32,667 nucleotides of DNA. Source: an uncultured Spirochaetales bacterium (GTDB lineage Bacteria > UBP6 > UBA1177). The DNA lies in NCBI GenBank assembly GCA_902780365.1, contig CACZFE010000028.1:1-32667 (forward strand). The letters run 5' to 3'. A program made the translations under genes and the position numbers. How positions within the stretch are numbered: the stretch's first letter is position 1; the number at the start of each line of letters is the position of its first letter. The notes under the pieces are model-generated. The model worked only from the letters and a program-made list of their open reading frames with translations. It did not search any database and was not told the DNA's origin. Of this stretch, positions 9,248 through 18,620 are shown in pieces.

Positions 9248-10153
9248 ATGCTGAACAACAAAGAATGGGAGCTCATAAATTTCGCGAAAGGCGGAAAAAA
9301 CGCTTTCATCGGGGACGACTGCGCGGTCTGGAACGAAAAATCACTTGTCGTAACTACCGATCATTTCTGCGAAAATGTCCATTTCGACCTTTCTTTCATG
9401 CCGGCTGAGGCTGTGGGCTGGAGGCTTATGGCGGCGAATGCGAGCGACGTCATTTCGATGGGATCGAGACCGACTCACTATCTTCTCAACATCGCAGTTC
9501 CTGAGGGCGGCTTTGAAAACGCCAAAAAAATGATAGAAGGGATCCATAATTTCGCCGAAAAATACAATATCGCGCTCCTTGGCGGCGACACGACCGCGGC
9601 TGAAAAATTCACTCTCGGAGTCACGATGTTCGGCGACAAGCCCGCGAAACCGCTTCTCAGGAGCGCTGCGAAACCGGGAGATTTCGTCTATCTCGCGGCT
9701 GAAACAGGGCTTTCACTCTGCGGATTCAAGGCTCTTAAAAACAAACTTCCGGGGTTTAAAAAGTCGGTCGAGAGGTTTTTACACCCCGATCCCCACAAGC
9801 ATATTCCAAGTAAAATCAATGAGTTGAATGCCGCGATAGATATAAGCGACTCTCTTATGAGCGAACTCAGGCTTCTCTGCAACCTGTCGGATGTCTCGAT
9901 CGAGATCGACTTTGACAAAATTCCGGTCCACGAGGAAGTGAGAATTTACAGCTCGCAGTTTTCGGTCCCGCTTGAAAGACTTCTTTTCGGAAGCGGAGAA
10001 GAGTTCATCATGCTATTCACGGCGGATCACAAGATCGATGGAGCCTTTGAAATAGGCAAAGTAACCGATAAACCAGGAAAAAAACTTGAAATTATTGGCA
10101 AAAACGGCGTTATCGACGCTGATTCTGTTAAACTTTTTTCTCATTTCGGCTGA
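9248..10153 (+). CDS. thiL: thiamine-monophosphate kinase
   Basis: ATG at 9248 lies 5 nt after GGAGG (9238-9242). AIR-synthase-like motifs are present: GDDCAV, VVTTDHF, ANASDVISMG and LLGGDT. Confidence 0.85.
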   Translation: MLNNKEWELINFAKGGKNAFIGDDCAVWNEKSLVVTTDHFCENVHFDLSFMPAEAVGWRLMAANASDVISMGSRPTHYLLNIAVPEGGFENAKKMIEGIHNFAEKYNIALLGGDTTAAEKFTLGVTMFGDKPAKPLLRSAAKPGDFVYLAAETGLSLCGFKALKNKLPGFKKSVERFLHPDPHKHIPSKINELNAAIDISDSLMSELRLLCNLSDVSIEIDFDKIPVHEEVRIYSSQFSVPLERLLFGSGEEFIMLFTADHKIDGAFEIGKVTDKPGKKLEIIGKNGVIDADSVKLFSHFG

Positions 10154-10574
10154 AAGTATCTGCGGATATCCGCAGGAAGCGACAGTCGAAGTGACTTCGC
10201 AGACCGGTGCGAAAAAAATCTTTTCTGTAGGAATCGCCGAAACCGCCCGTGAGCACGAACAAGGGCTCATGTACTGCAAAAAAATGGAAAAAAATCAAGG
10301 ACTTTTCTTCATTTTCGACACCGAAAAACCCCACTTTTTCTGGATGAAAAACACATTAATAGAACTTGCAGTGATATTTGTTGACCGCGATTTCAATGTA
10401 ATAGCCGTGAGAAAAGGAGTTCCTCTCAGCAAAACGACCCTTCCCAGCGTGAAACCTTCGCAATTCGTCCTTGAAGTGAACTGGGAAGCGGGAAAATCGA
10501 TCCTTCCCGGCGACAAAATCAAGTTGAAAATGAAGTGCCCCCTCTCTATGACCTCATCCCCAGCCCTTCTCTGA
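10086..10574 (+). CDS. DUF192 family protein with signal peptide
   Basis: TTG start, 162 aa, with the DUF192-type core FFWMKNTLIELAVIFVDRDFNVIAV. It overlaps the thiL 3' end by 68 nt. The last ~10 codons lie inside repeat A. Confidence 0.65.
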   Translation: MKLLAKTALSTLILLNFFLISAESICGYPQEATVEVTSQTGAKKIFSVGIAETAREHEQGLMYCKKMEKNQGLFFIFDTEKPHFFWMKNTLIELAVIFVDRDFNVIAVRKGVPLSKTTLPSVKPSQFVLEVNWEAGKSILPGDKIKLKMKCPLSMTSSPALL

Positions 10575-10625
10575 CCTCACCTCTAACCCCTCTCCAGTGT
10601 GGCGAGGGGAACCTGCGAAGGGAGA
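10545..10625. repeat. Mosaic GC-rich hairpin repeat, copy A
   Basis: Positions 10575-10611 (CCTCACCTCTAACCCCTCTCCAGTGTGGCGAGGGGAA) match the reverse complement of 28474-28510 at 35/37. Internal hairpin is CCCCTC-N11-GAGGGG. The copy lies between the convergent DUF192 and ugd genes. Confidence 0.85.
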
Positions 10626-10629
10626 AATT

Positions 10630-11871
10630 TCAGTCTCTTCTAAAGAAATCTCTGGTGTAGACTTTGTCTTTCACATCGTCGAGAACGGTGTCGTAGCGGT
10701 TCGCGATGATCGCGTCACAGCTTTTCTTGAAGCGTTCGATGTCGTTGACGACAAGCGAGCCGAAGAAAGTCGTGCCCTCTTCCAAAGCGGGTTCATAGAC
10801 TATCACCGTCGCACCTTTCGCCTTGATGCGCTTCATTACCCCCTGGATTGAACTCTGGCGGAAGTTGTCGCTGTTGCTTTTCATCGTGAGGCGGAAAACT
10901 CCTATCGTTATCGGGCGTTCCTTCGAGGCATTCCACATCGAAGAGCCCGTGTAATATCCGGCCTTTGCGAGCACTCTGTCGGCAATGAAATCCTTTCTCG
11001 TGCGGTTGCTTTCGACTATCGCCTGGATCAGGTTTTCAGGAACGTCGGCATAGTTTGCAAGGAGCTGTTTCGTGTCTTTCGGAAGGCAGTAGCCGCCGTA
11101 TCCGAAGGAAGGGTTGTTGTACTGGTCGCCGATCCTCGGATCCAGGCAGACTCCTTTGATGATATTCGCCGTGTCGAGCCCTTTCATTTCGGCGTATGTA
11201 TCCAGTTCGTTGAAGTAACTTACACGAAGCGCGAGGTATGTATTTGCGAAAAGTTTTACCGCCTCCGCTTCCGTAAAATCCATGAAAAGCGTCGGAACAT
11301 CCTTCTTTTCGGCACCTTCTTGCAGAAGTTTTACAAAAATCTCGGCTGCATCGCGTGTTTTTTCGTCGCATCCCGCGATTATCCTGCTCGGATAAAGGTT
11401 ATCGTAAAGCGCTTTCGACTCACGCAAAAATTCCGGACTGAAAATTATGTTCTCACTCCCCTTCTTTTCGCGGATGTGTCTCGTAAAACCTACAGGGATA
11501 GTCGATTTTATCACCATTATCGCGTTTTTGTTGACGCTCATCACAAGGTCGATGACCGCTTCTACCGCGCTCGTATCGAAGAAATTCTTCTGCGGATCGT
11601 AGTTCGTCGGAGCCGCAATAATGACAAAATCAGCATCGGCATAAGCGCTTTTCCCGTCAGTCGTCGCTTTCAGACTCAGCTCCTTTTCAGCTAAATACTT
11701 CTCGATGTAGTCATCCTGGATCGGCGACTTCTTTTCATTAAGAAGTTTCACCTTTTCAGGAACAATATCGACCGCCGTTACATCGTGATGCTGAGAGAGC
11801 AGGACAGCAAGCGAAAGCCCTACATAACCGCTTCCGGCAACAGCTATTTTCAGATCTTCGAATCTGCGCAT
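10630..11871 (-). CDS. ugd: UDP-glucose 6-dehydrogenase
   Basis: ATG at 11871 lies 5 nt after GGAGG. Contains the Rossmann motif [10 protein letters not shown] and the catalytic Cys motif [11 protein letters not shown]. Confidence 0.9.
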   Translation of the reverse strand: MRRFEDLKIAVAGSGYVGLSLAVLLSQHHDVTAVDIVPEKVKLLNEKKSPIQDDYIEKYLAEKELSLKATTDGKSAYADADFVIIAAPTNYDPQKNFFDTSAVEAVIDLVMSVNKNAIMVIKSTIPVGFTRHIREKKGSENIIFSPEFLRESKALYDNLYPSRIIAGCDEKTRDAAEIFVKLLQEGAEKKDVPTLFMDFTEAEAVKLFANTYLALRVSYFNELDTYAEMKGLDTANIIKGVCLDPRIGDQYNNPSFGYGGYCLPKDTKQLLANYADVPENLIQAIVESNRTRKDFIADRVLAKAGYYTGSSMWNASKERPITIGVFRLTMKSNSDNFRQSSIQGVMKRIKAKGATVIVYEPALEEGTTFFGSLVVNDIERFKKSCDAIIANRYDTVLDDVKDKVYTRDFFRRD

Positions 11872-11884
11872 GATCACCTCCGTA

Positions 11885-12017
11885 AAAACCTCACCCTTTT
11901 TATCTCCCTCTCAGTCGCTTTGCGACAGCTCCCCCAAAGTGGGAGCCAAGCTTGCCTCTCACTCAGGGAGAGGTGGCAGCCAAAGGCTGACGGAGAGGGC
12001 AAAGAGGTCAAACCGCC
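11885..12017. repeat. Mosaic GC-rich hairpin repeats, copy B (in the putative ugd 5' leader)
   Basis: Positions 11953-11981 are identical (29/29) to the reverse complement of 29852-29880. The modules CTCAG-GTCGC-TTT-GCGAC-AGCTCCCC and GGCAGCC-AAA-GGCTG..GGAGAGGGC are colinear with copy E. Confidence 0.85.
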
Positions 12018-12048
12018 GCATTATACTGATTTTTTTAGGAAATGCGAG
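12018..12048 (-). promoter_or_regulatory. 31-nt promoter-like block facing ugd, with a TATAAT -10
   Basis: The minus strand reads CTCGCATTTCCTAAAAAAATCAGTATAATGC. This matches 31703-31733 on the plus strand at 29/31. Confidence 0.35.
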
Positions 12049-12283
12049 AGGGGATTTTATAAAGCATCATAATTTTTTTCGAATATTCTATTGCTTTTTC
12101 ACAACAACAGCATATAATGCGAATCCAGAAAGAACGTCGCCGGACAATGCGAGGGTTTTTTAACCAGCATATTTGTTATGTGGTAGTCGCACCGGGGGTT
12201 CTTTCATTTTTTTCTGCACAAAATCGTGTCTTTTTCAATTCTACGGAATCAGTCATGCGGTTTAGATTGTGGTTTTAGATTAA

Positions 12284-13189
12284 TTAAAAAATCCCTTTTC
12301 CAGATATTTTTCCTAGGACCTTTATCGCCTCGTCATAAGGAACTTTTTTGAACAATAATTTCTCTGTTGTAGCGATATAATCGGCTTTATACGGCTCTTT
12401 TTCTATAATTTCCGCAAGAAGCCTGTTGATTTCCACACCATCCTGTGCAGACAGGCAGATACTACGCTGTTTTCGTTCTTCTCTGACACGATTTACGAGC
12501 TTTTTCAAAGACTCGTCCGGCTTAACAACCTCAAGCAATTTATAAATATCGTATATGTGTCTGGAATGCTGTTCGCATTTACCGTCAAGATAGTAGTCAC
12601 ACAAAGCAAAAACTTTGTCGACAAACGTCCTTTCCGGCTTTTGGACTTTTATCGGGAACGGTCGAATATCGCTCGTATCCATAAAATCCAGCGCATTCTC
12701 TTTGCTCAGATAATCAAAAATATAATTGCCAACATTTCGCGTTTCGGTGGGATATATGCCTGTAAAAACAGCGGTTTCCACAATCAGTTTGCGGTTTACA
12801 GCGGAAAAAGCAAAAACCGACGGATAACCGATCACATAACGGTTAAAATCCCTGCGGCTGCGTATCTCGTCAAAATTCTCAAGATTCAGTCCGGAAACGT
12901 TTACAGCCTCAACAATACCTTCTTTCAGTTTTCTCCTCCGCCCTTCGGAAGGTTTCTCATTTTCTTCAAATATCGACAGATCTATGTCTTCCGAAAAACG
13001 GTCTATCAAACGGTAGCATTTTGACAACGATGTTCCGCCTTTAAAAATAATGTCAGGTACCAGTGAAGCTATGCTTCTAAGCAGCAGAGTAACATAGTAA
13101 TCCTTTTCTATAATCGCGGAGTCTATGCCGTATTCCGCAGAAACTCTGAGAAGAATATCCTCAAAAATATCACGATTTTCATGCAACAC
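12284..13189 (-). CDS. AbiEii/AbiGii-family nucleotidyltransferase toxin (type IV TA / abortive infection)
   Basis: 301 aa with the DUF1814-type motif FKGGTSLSKCYRLIDRFSEDIDLS. It is paired with an upstream AbiEi-like gene. Confidence 0.8.
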   Translation of the reverse strand: MLHENRDIFEDILLRVSAEYGIDSAIIEKDYYVTLLLRSIASLVPDIIFKGGTSLSKCYRLIDRFSEDIDLSIFEENEKPSEGRRRKLKEGIVEAVNVSGLNLENFDEIRSRRDFNRYVIGYPSVFAFSAVNRKLIVETAVFTGIYPTETRNVGNYIFDYLSKENALDFMDTSDIRPFPIKVQKPERTFVDKVFALCDYYLDGKCEQHSRHIYDIYKLLEVVKPDESLKKLVNRVREERKQRSICLSAQDGVEINRLLAEIIEKEPYKADYIATTEKLLFKKVPYDEAIKVLGKISGKGIF

Positions 13190-13796
13190 TGTATATCACC
13201 TCGCTCACAATAAGGTTTCGCATAGCCTTGTCCGGGAAAAACCGGCTGTATTCCGTAATCATGTTCCGGGTAATCCCCTTTTCTTTTATGAACCGGCAGA
13301 CCGTTTTTTTTCTTTCGTCATCAAAAAACTCTGCCGATGTGAAGTTCATCAGTTCCAGAAGTTGCATAACATCGGAATTTTCTTTTGTGATTTTCGTTCT
13401 GGAACGCCTCAGGATCACTTTCTGGGAATTGACAGAAATCTCCCTCAATTTTGTCTTCTCATTGTTGGTATAAATTTCAATGCTGTTAGGCATCTGAGTC
13501 GAGAGATTCATCAGGTTGAGCAGCGTATTTCCCGAATAATATCCAATAGTATCATTCCCGTCAGATATATATTTTTTCAGAATGACTTTTCTCGGATCAA
13601 GAAGAGTTTTCCCTAAAAAAGTCGTCTTCGGAATATAACAGACACCTTTGTCATATCTGACAATCTGCCCGTTTTTGCAAAGACGGCTCAATTCCTTGAA
13701 TATCCATGGTCTGGAATAATCCTCGAACTGGATATCACTCGTAAAAATCGGCTCGTTATAACCATATTTTTTCAACAAAAACTCATATAAACCCAT
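13179..13796 (-). CDS. AbiEi-family antitoxin / transcriptional regulator
   Basis: ATG at 13796 lies 7 nt after GGAGG. The N-terminal wHTH-like segment is ...IFKELSRLCKNGQIVRYDKGVCYIP. It overlaps the toxin gene by 11 nt. Confidence 0.75.
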   Translation of the reverse strand: MGLYEFLLKKYGYNEPIFTSDIQFEDYSRPWIFKELSRLCKNGQIVRYDKGVCYIPKTTFLGKTLLDPRKVILKKYISDGNDTIGYYSGNTLLNLMNLSTQMPNSIEIYTNNEKTKLREISVNSQKVILRRSRTKITKENSDVMQLLELMNFTSAEFFDDERKKTVCRFIKEKGITRNMITEYSRFFPDKAMRNLIVSEVIYSVA

Positions 13797-13893
13797 GGTG
13801 CGACCTCCATTTTCCACATTTTATATCATATCATACCTTGTAAGTCAATAAAAATATAATTTGCGGAGATTTAGGTGAAAAACGCATCCGTAG

Positions 13894-13915
13894 GGACGTA
13901 ACCTGATACGTCTCC
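13894..13915. repeat. GAGACG-N10-CGTC hairpin module upstream of abiEi
   Basis: GGACGTAACCTGATACGTCTCC. Over the central 20 nt its reverse complement differs by one base from 31463-31482. AAAAACGCATC lies adjacent at both sites. Confidence 0.7.
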
Positions 13916-13988
13916 AACCCAATTTTTCAATTATTTTCGATATTTTCGTGAGATTTTTGAAGAATTCCCAGAGAAAAGAGGCGTGTTT

Positions 13989-15752
13989 TTATTCCTCCAC
14001 TATCGCCCCGATATCCAAGATTCTTGAAAAATATTGTGCTCCGGCCTTTGTCAGATGTCTGCAATCCTGGCTTATGAATTTGTTGTCATCGGTAAAAACT
14101 CTGACCATGCCGTTTTCATCGCTGACAAGAGACATCAGATTTATGTAATGATCTCCGTATTTTTCTGATTCTTCCAAGTTCTGTTTCATCAAGCCTTCCG
14201 GCATTTTTACTTTCTGCCGGAAATAGCCTTCCGTGCTGCGTTTGGCATATATTATGCCGTTGGATTCACCGAAATTCTTGTTGCCGATGACATAAAGTTT
14301 TTCTTTTGGAACTGCGTTTGACATATATTCGGGAACTCCAACATAGCTTGGGCCTTCGGCATAAAAAACCATATCGGCTTTTTCAATCAGAGAGGCATAT
14401 TTTTCGACATTTTCTTCGGTATTTCTCAAATATGAAAGTTCAAGAACAGCTTTTTTATCATATTCTCGCAATATGTTCACCCAGTCTCTGCCAAAACTGT
14501 TGCCGAAAACAAGAATGTGTTTTTTTGCAGAATCTTCGAAACCGATTTTCATATGACGAGGAATATCAACATACTCTGCATGCATTCCTCTTTTGACATT
14601 GTCTTTGCTGACATTAAGTTCTGGAACATCCCTGACAACTCCGGCATTCAGATAAATCGCAAAACTTACTCCGCAAACGAGTGCCGCAAACACCAAATTG
14701 AAAATGGCGAAGTATAATCTGCTCCTCGTAGGTGATGTGAATTTATCTAATTTGGATTCAACAAAGCGGTATGAAATCTCGGAAAGGAGAATTGTTACAA
14801 TCAGAAAAACTGAGAAACTGACCGCATCCTGATTCGGGAAAACTGAATAAAATAAGAAAGCTATCACGAACTGATGCCAGATGTAGATGCTGTAGCTTCT
14901 TTTACCAAGCGCAGCGAAAAAATTAGCAAAAGCATTGAAAATTCTGTTTTGTATCTGCATATTGTTTCCGGCAAAAACAACTGCAGAAGTCGCCGCCACA
15001 ACAGCTAAAAGCATGAAAGCAGGAGAAATGATCGCAACTCTTGAGCACATCATCAAAAGAATCACAACCAAAGAAACAGCCATGATGCAAAGAGCCTTTT
15101 TGCGTGAAATCTCTTTTGCCGTCAAAGCAATCAAGCCTCCTGCAGAAAGCTCAAAAACTCTGAAAGGGAGATAGTAGAATTTCCATTCCGTAGGCAGTGG
15201 AAGCAGAAACAGAACAAGTGAAATCACACTCATAGCAACACCTGCAACCAGCAGACCTTTTTTCGTGTTTTTCAACAACTTCACACAAATGAGATACAAC
15301 AGCGGAAGAATCACATAAGCCTGCATCAGAACATCGACATACCACATGTGCATCAGCGGTTTGTAAAGATTGACGACATCCCAGTAATTTTTGGTCGTTA
15401 TCGCCTGAAGCACATTATTTGCAAAAAGTGTCGAAGCAACAGCCGACTCCGCTAGATTTTCATAATTATCAGGCAACATCGTAAAATAACCAATAACGAC
15501 AGCAACTGCAGAAACAAGCAGAATCAAAGGCCACAAACGCACAGCTTTTTTGAAGATAAAACTCCAGTAATTGAAAGTTTTTGCCTCAAATTGCTTTGAA
15601 AGCCCCTTCACAAGCAGATATCCGCTGATAACAAAAAACACATCGACACCAAGATATCCATAAGGAAACCACGCGCCGAAATGATATAAAACAACGGCGA
15701 CAATCGCCAGACCTTTAAGGAAATCGAGGATTATGGAACGGTTGGTGGACAT
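13989..15752 (-). CDS. acyltransferase family 3 O-acyltransferase with C-terminal SGNH-like domain (OafA/OatA type)
   Basis: 587 aa. The N-terminal part is a multi-TM acyltransferase_3 region (LDFLKGLAIVAVVLYHF..GVDVFFVISGYL). The C-terminal part is a soluble domain (ILVFGNSFGRDW). Confidence 0.85.
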   Translation of the reverse strand: MSTNRSIILDFLKGLAIVAVVLYHFGAWFPYGYLGVDVFFVISGYLLVKGLSKQFEAKTFNYWSFIFKKAVRLWPLILLVSAVAVVIGYFTMLPDNYENLAESAVASTLFANNVLQAITTKNYWDVVNLYKPLMHMWYVDVLMQAYVILPLLYLICVKLLKNTKKGLLVAGVAMSVISLVLFLLPLPTEWKFYYLPFRVFELSAGGLIALTAKEISRKKALCIMAVSLVVILLMMCSRVAIISPAFMLLAVVAATSAVVFAGNNMQIQNRIFNAFANFFAALGKRSYSIYIWHQFVIAFLFYSVFPNQDAVSFSVFLIVTILLSEISYRFVESKLDKFTSPTRSRLYFAIFNLVFAALVCGVSFAIYLNAGVVRDVPELNVSKDNVKRGMHAEYVDIPRHMKIGFEDSAKKHILVFGNSFGRDWVNILREYDKKAVLELSYLRNTEENVEKYASLIEKADMVFYAEGPSYVGVPEYMSNAVPKEKLYVIGNKNFGESNGIIYAKRSTEGYFRQKVKMPEGLMKQNLEESEKYGDHYINLMSLVSDENGMVRVFTDDNKFISQDCRHLTKAGAQYFSRILDIGAIVEE

Positions 15753-15822
15753 TGGGGACTCCTTTTATTTTATCAGTTTTTTTGCCACTATAATCAAATC
15801 AAGGATAGCAATCAAAAGATTC

Positions 15823-16839
15823 TTAGTTTTGAGCCTTTATCTCTTTACCAGAAAATGTCCCGTAAGGTTTTCCTGACACATCTCCAGTTTTATAATAATC
15901 TGCCAACATCTTCAAAACAATATCAATATCTTTTTCATCTTCAATGAGAAGATTGCCATTATCGACCTTCAGGTTATCTCCATATTTTTTACAAACATTT
16001 TTCATTTTGCTTATAGCCTTATCATCAATATTTCGATAATTGCCTATTCTGGCGATACGAACAAGCTTTTTATGCAATGACGGGGTTGTTTCTATTTGTT
16101 CTGCTATCTTTTCTAATCCTTTTATCTTATTGGTTTGTTTTAATTGCTCAACAACTTTTTTAGCTTCTTCCTTATACTCTTCTTGTAACCCAACAATTTG
16201 TTCAAAACACCCCTTTTTGATAACATAAAAAATTTCGTCATAATAGATGCAGTCTATTTGTTTATCAAGATTTACAGTTTCACCTTTTAGCAATTCCAAT
16301 TTTTGATTTGTTGTATCAAAGAATGTACGAATTATTCTTAACCAACTCTTCCCTTCTCGCTCATCAACAGCAACTTTACCGGATTGTATTTTTCTAAATG
16401 TATAAATCCAATCCTTGGCTGTTAAATCGTTAAAACCGACGCAATAAGCCCACAATTCATCATTGTTTTGAAGTATTGCTTCAATACTTTGCATTTTATC
16501 CGGGCTTTTTTGCAGTTGATTTGTGACGACATCGGCAAATGAGAAGACTTTATTTTTCATTGAATATGTAAACAAATGCTCTGTGTCATCAGAAATGACA
16601 TCATAATCTATCATTTCAAAGTTCTTTTTTATCGTTATATTTAATTGCTCTTGAGATAAATCATATAGATACTGCCTGATTTCATCATTGATATCTACTT
16701 GATAAACCTTGAATAGATACTTGTCCATTACCTTGCTTGATTTTTTAATGTTTTCTTTAAGCATTCTGGTAATGAAAAACAACTTAAGATCAACCACTTC
16801 AGTAGATGTAATTTTGTCCAAAATTTCTTGTAATGTCAT
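15823..16839 (-). CDS. soluble protein, KwaB (DUF4868)-like by size and context; family not verifiable here
   Basis: 338 aa with no TM segment and no catalytic motif recognised, plus a charged helical stretch LQEEYKEEAKKVVEQLKQTNKIKGLEKIAEQIE. The start overlaps the stop of the upstream 4-TM gene (ATGA). The DNA is very AT-rich. Confidence 0.5.
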   Translation of the reverse strand: MTLQEILDKITSTEVVDLKLFFITRMLKENIKKSSKVMDKYLFKVYQVDINDEIRQYLYDLSQEQLNITIKKNFEMIDYDVISDDTEHLFTYSMKNKVFSFADVVTNQLQKSPDKMQSIEAILQNNDELWAYCVGFNDLTAKDWIYTFRKIQSGKVAVDEREGKSWLRIIRTFFDTTNQKLELLKGETVNLDKQIDCIYYDEIFYVIKKGCFEQIVGLQEEYKEEAKKVVEQLKQTNKIKGLEKIAEQIETTPSLHKKLVRIARIGNYRNIDDKAISKMKNVCKKYGDNLKVDNGNLLIEDEKDIDIVLKMLADYYKTGDVSGKPYGTFSGKEIKAQN

Positions 16840-17471
16840 GTTGTTTCCCTATGTCTATCTGCAAAAAACAATTTAAAACCAATAGAGTATATTTTTACAA
16901 TACTTCCTTCTTCTATGTTTGCATTCCTCATAATAATCATTCCGCTTTTTCTTTTCCCGTTTTGCTCCTCATATTCAATTTCAAATATGGAATATTTAAA
17001 GTTTATAACCGGATTTACAAGTAACAGGCTGGAATTGATGTATATGCGGTATATAATAAATAACAAAAACAACAGAGCAAATACTTCATATACAGTATTG
17101 AAGCCTTGAAATATAAACGGGATAATGTAAGTTGCAATGTATCCTATGGAGTCGCCGTTTCTATTGGAAATTTTTATGATAGTAACATTGTCTCCATTCT
17201 TTACATTCTTTTGTAAATTAAAAAACAATAATTTACAACCAACCAAAGACAGCATGGATATGATTATGAGCAATACTGAAAGTCCAAACTTAATAAAAAA
17301 AGTCCCAACCGTTGCTTGAGAAATTCCACACCAACATAAAAATTGAGCATTGTTGCAAATCTGCTTGAATGCAATTAGTATGAACAGTGGTAAGTAGGAA
17401 GTAAGAAAAAGCACCAGTTTGGCTATTCCATACAGGTTATTATGCTTCGTTTGTTTTTCACTCGTTCCCAT
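16836..17471 (-). CDS. four-TM membrane protein, KwaA-like by architecture
   Basis: 211 aa with four hydrophobic helices: LVLFLTSYLPLFILIAF, FGLSVLLIIISMLSLVG, IGYIATYIIPFIF and VFALLFLLFIIYRIYI. A soluble tail of about 60 aa follows. Confidence 0.5.
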   Translation of the reverse strand: MGTSEKQTKHNNLYGIAKLVLFLTSYLPLFILIAFKQICNNAQFLCWCGISQATVGTFFIKFGLSVLLIIISMLSLVGCKLLFFNLQKNVKNGDNVTIIKISNRNGDSIGYIATYIIPFIFQGFNTVYEVFALLFLLFIIYRIYINSSLLLVNPVINFKYSIFEIEYEEQNGKRKSGMIIMRNANIEEGSIVKIYSIGFKLFFADRHRETT

Positions 17472-17540
17472 CTTCCATCCTTATTTCCACTACATTTTCT
17501 TCTGATTGTAAAAACTGAGCATTGTTTAATCCTATTTCCG

Positions 17541-18620
17541 TCATTTAAGAACATCCATCGTTCTTTCAATCCCTTCTTTAATTACGTAACGCGGTTTCCA
17601 TCCCAGTTTTTTAAGTTTGCTGCCATCAAGCAGAGCTTTTGTCGCCTTGCTGTATCCGGCCGCTTCGACTGCATCCGGAATCTCAAATACAACCTTTTTT
17701 CCTGCATGTTCTGCAATTATGCTGGCAAGGTCCTTAAGCATGATGTTTGATGCTTCGTCGGCAATATTGTATGCCTCTCCGTTTTCACCTTTCAAAAGCA
17801 GGAACAGAAATCCGGATATTGCATCAGCCATGTATGTGTAGGAATAATTCTGAGTTCCTGCCGACTTCAAAACGATATCTTCACCGGCGACACCTTTCTT
17901 TATGAACTGGCTTATCGCCTTTGTATCGCTCATAAGCATTGTCGGCCCGTAAGAACGCGTGAAGCGCGCAATCACAACATCAAGACCCTTCTGCGATTTA
18001 TATGCCTGACAAAGAGCTTCACCGCAGCGTTTGCTTTCAGGATAACCCGCTCTAAGCGTGTTGGAATCGATATATCCGCAGTAGTGCTCGTCAAACATTT
18101 CGATATCACCGCGGTTTTCACCATAAACTTCATTTGAAGATGCAAAAACAAATCTGGCTGCATTGTGAGCAATCGCAAAATCAAGCATATTCTGAAGCCC
18201 GATGATATTTGTGGTTATGGTTCCTATAGGATCTGTCGCATACTGCACAGGATGCGTGTTCGAAGCAAGATGCAGGACATAATCAACAGTTCCGAGATCA
18301 TCTCTTACAAAAGGCTTATTGATGTCATAAGGAATAAAAACCAGATTTTTATCTCCCCACCATTTGGAAAAACGCTCTTTTGCCTTTTCCTGCGCGCGGC
18401 CTAAAGCATAAACAGTGCAGTTGAGTCCTTCAGTATTTTTCTGCATGACAACATCAACAAAAAAGCTGCCGAGAAGACCGGTAGCACCGGACAAAAGAAC
18501 AGATTTGTTCTGAAGTTTTTCCCATGGGATGTTTATGTTCGCGATATTAGTCAAATCTTTGACATAAAGTTGATTGTCATAAAGTGTTGTCAATTGTTTT
18601 TCCTCGTGTTTAGCGTTCAT
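17541..18620 (-). CDS. NAD-dependent epimerase/dehydratase (extended SDR)
   Basis: 359 aa with the glycine-rich motif LLSGATGLLGSF and the catalytic YPESK (YxxxK). Confidence 0.85.
   Translation of the reverse strand: MNAKHEEKQLTTLYDNQLYVKDLTNIANINIPWEKLQNKSVLLSGATGLLGSFFVDVVMQKNTEGLNCTVYALGRAQEKAKERFSKWWGDKNLVFIPYDINKPFVRDDLGTVDYVLHLASNTHPVQYATDPIGTITTNIIGLQNMLDFAIAHNAARFVFASSNEVYGENRGDIEMFDEHYCGYIDSNTLRAGYPESKRCGEALCQAYKSQKGLDVVIARFTRSYGPTMLMSDTKAISQFIKKGVAGEDIVLKSAGTQNYSYTYMADAISGFLFLLLKGENGEAYNIADEASNIMLKDLASIIAEHAGKKVVFEIPDAVEAAGYSKATKALLDGSKLKKLGWKPRYVIKEGIERTMDVLK

Noticed and set aside
10597-12163. Plus-strand ORFs 10597-10851, 11320-11694, 11785-12072 and 11870-12163
   Set aside because: The first three are antisense to ugd. 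The last two are read-through of the stop-poor GC-rich repeat copy B, giving peptides such as SLCDSSPKVGAKLASHSGRGGSQ typical of translated repeats.
12170-12215. tRNA-like fragment (GTGGTAGTCGCACCGGGGGTTC) as a possible att remnant
   Set aside because: It does not fold into a T-arm/acceptor consensus (no GGTTCGAATCC-like loop), and no matching direct repeat is found at the other border.
12557-13616. Plus-strand ORFs of 155 aa and 163 aa across the abiE genes
   Set aside because: They are antisense to the AbiEii/AbiEi genes, which have clear family motifs and RBSs.
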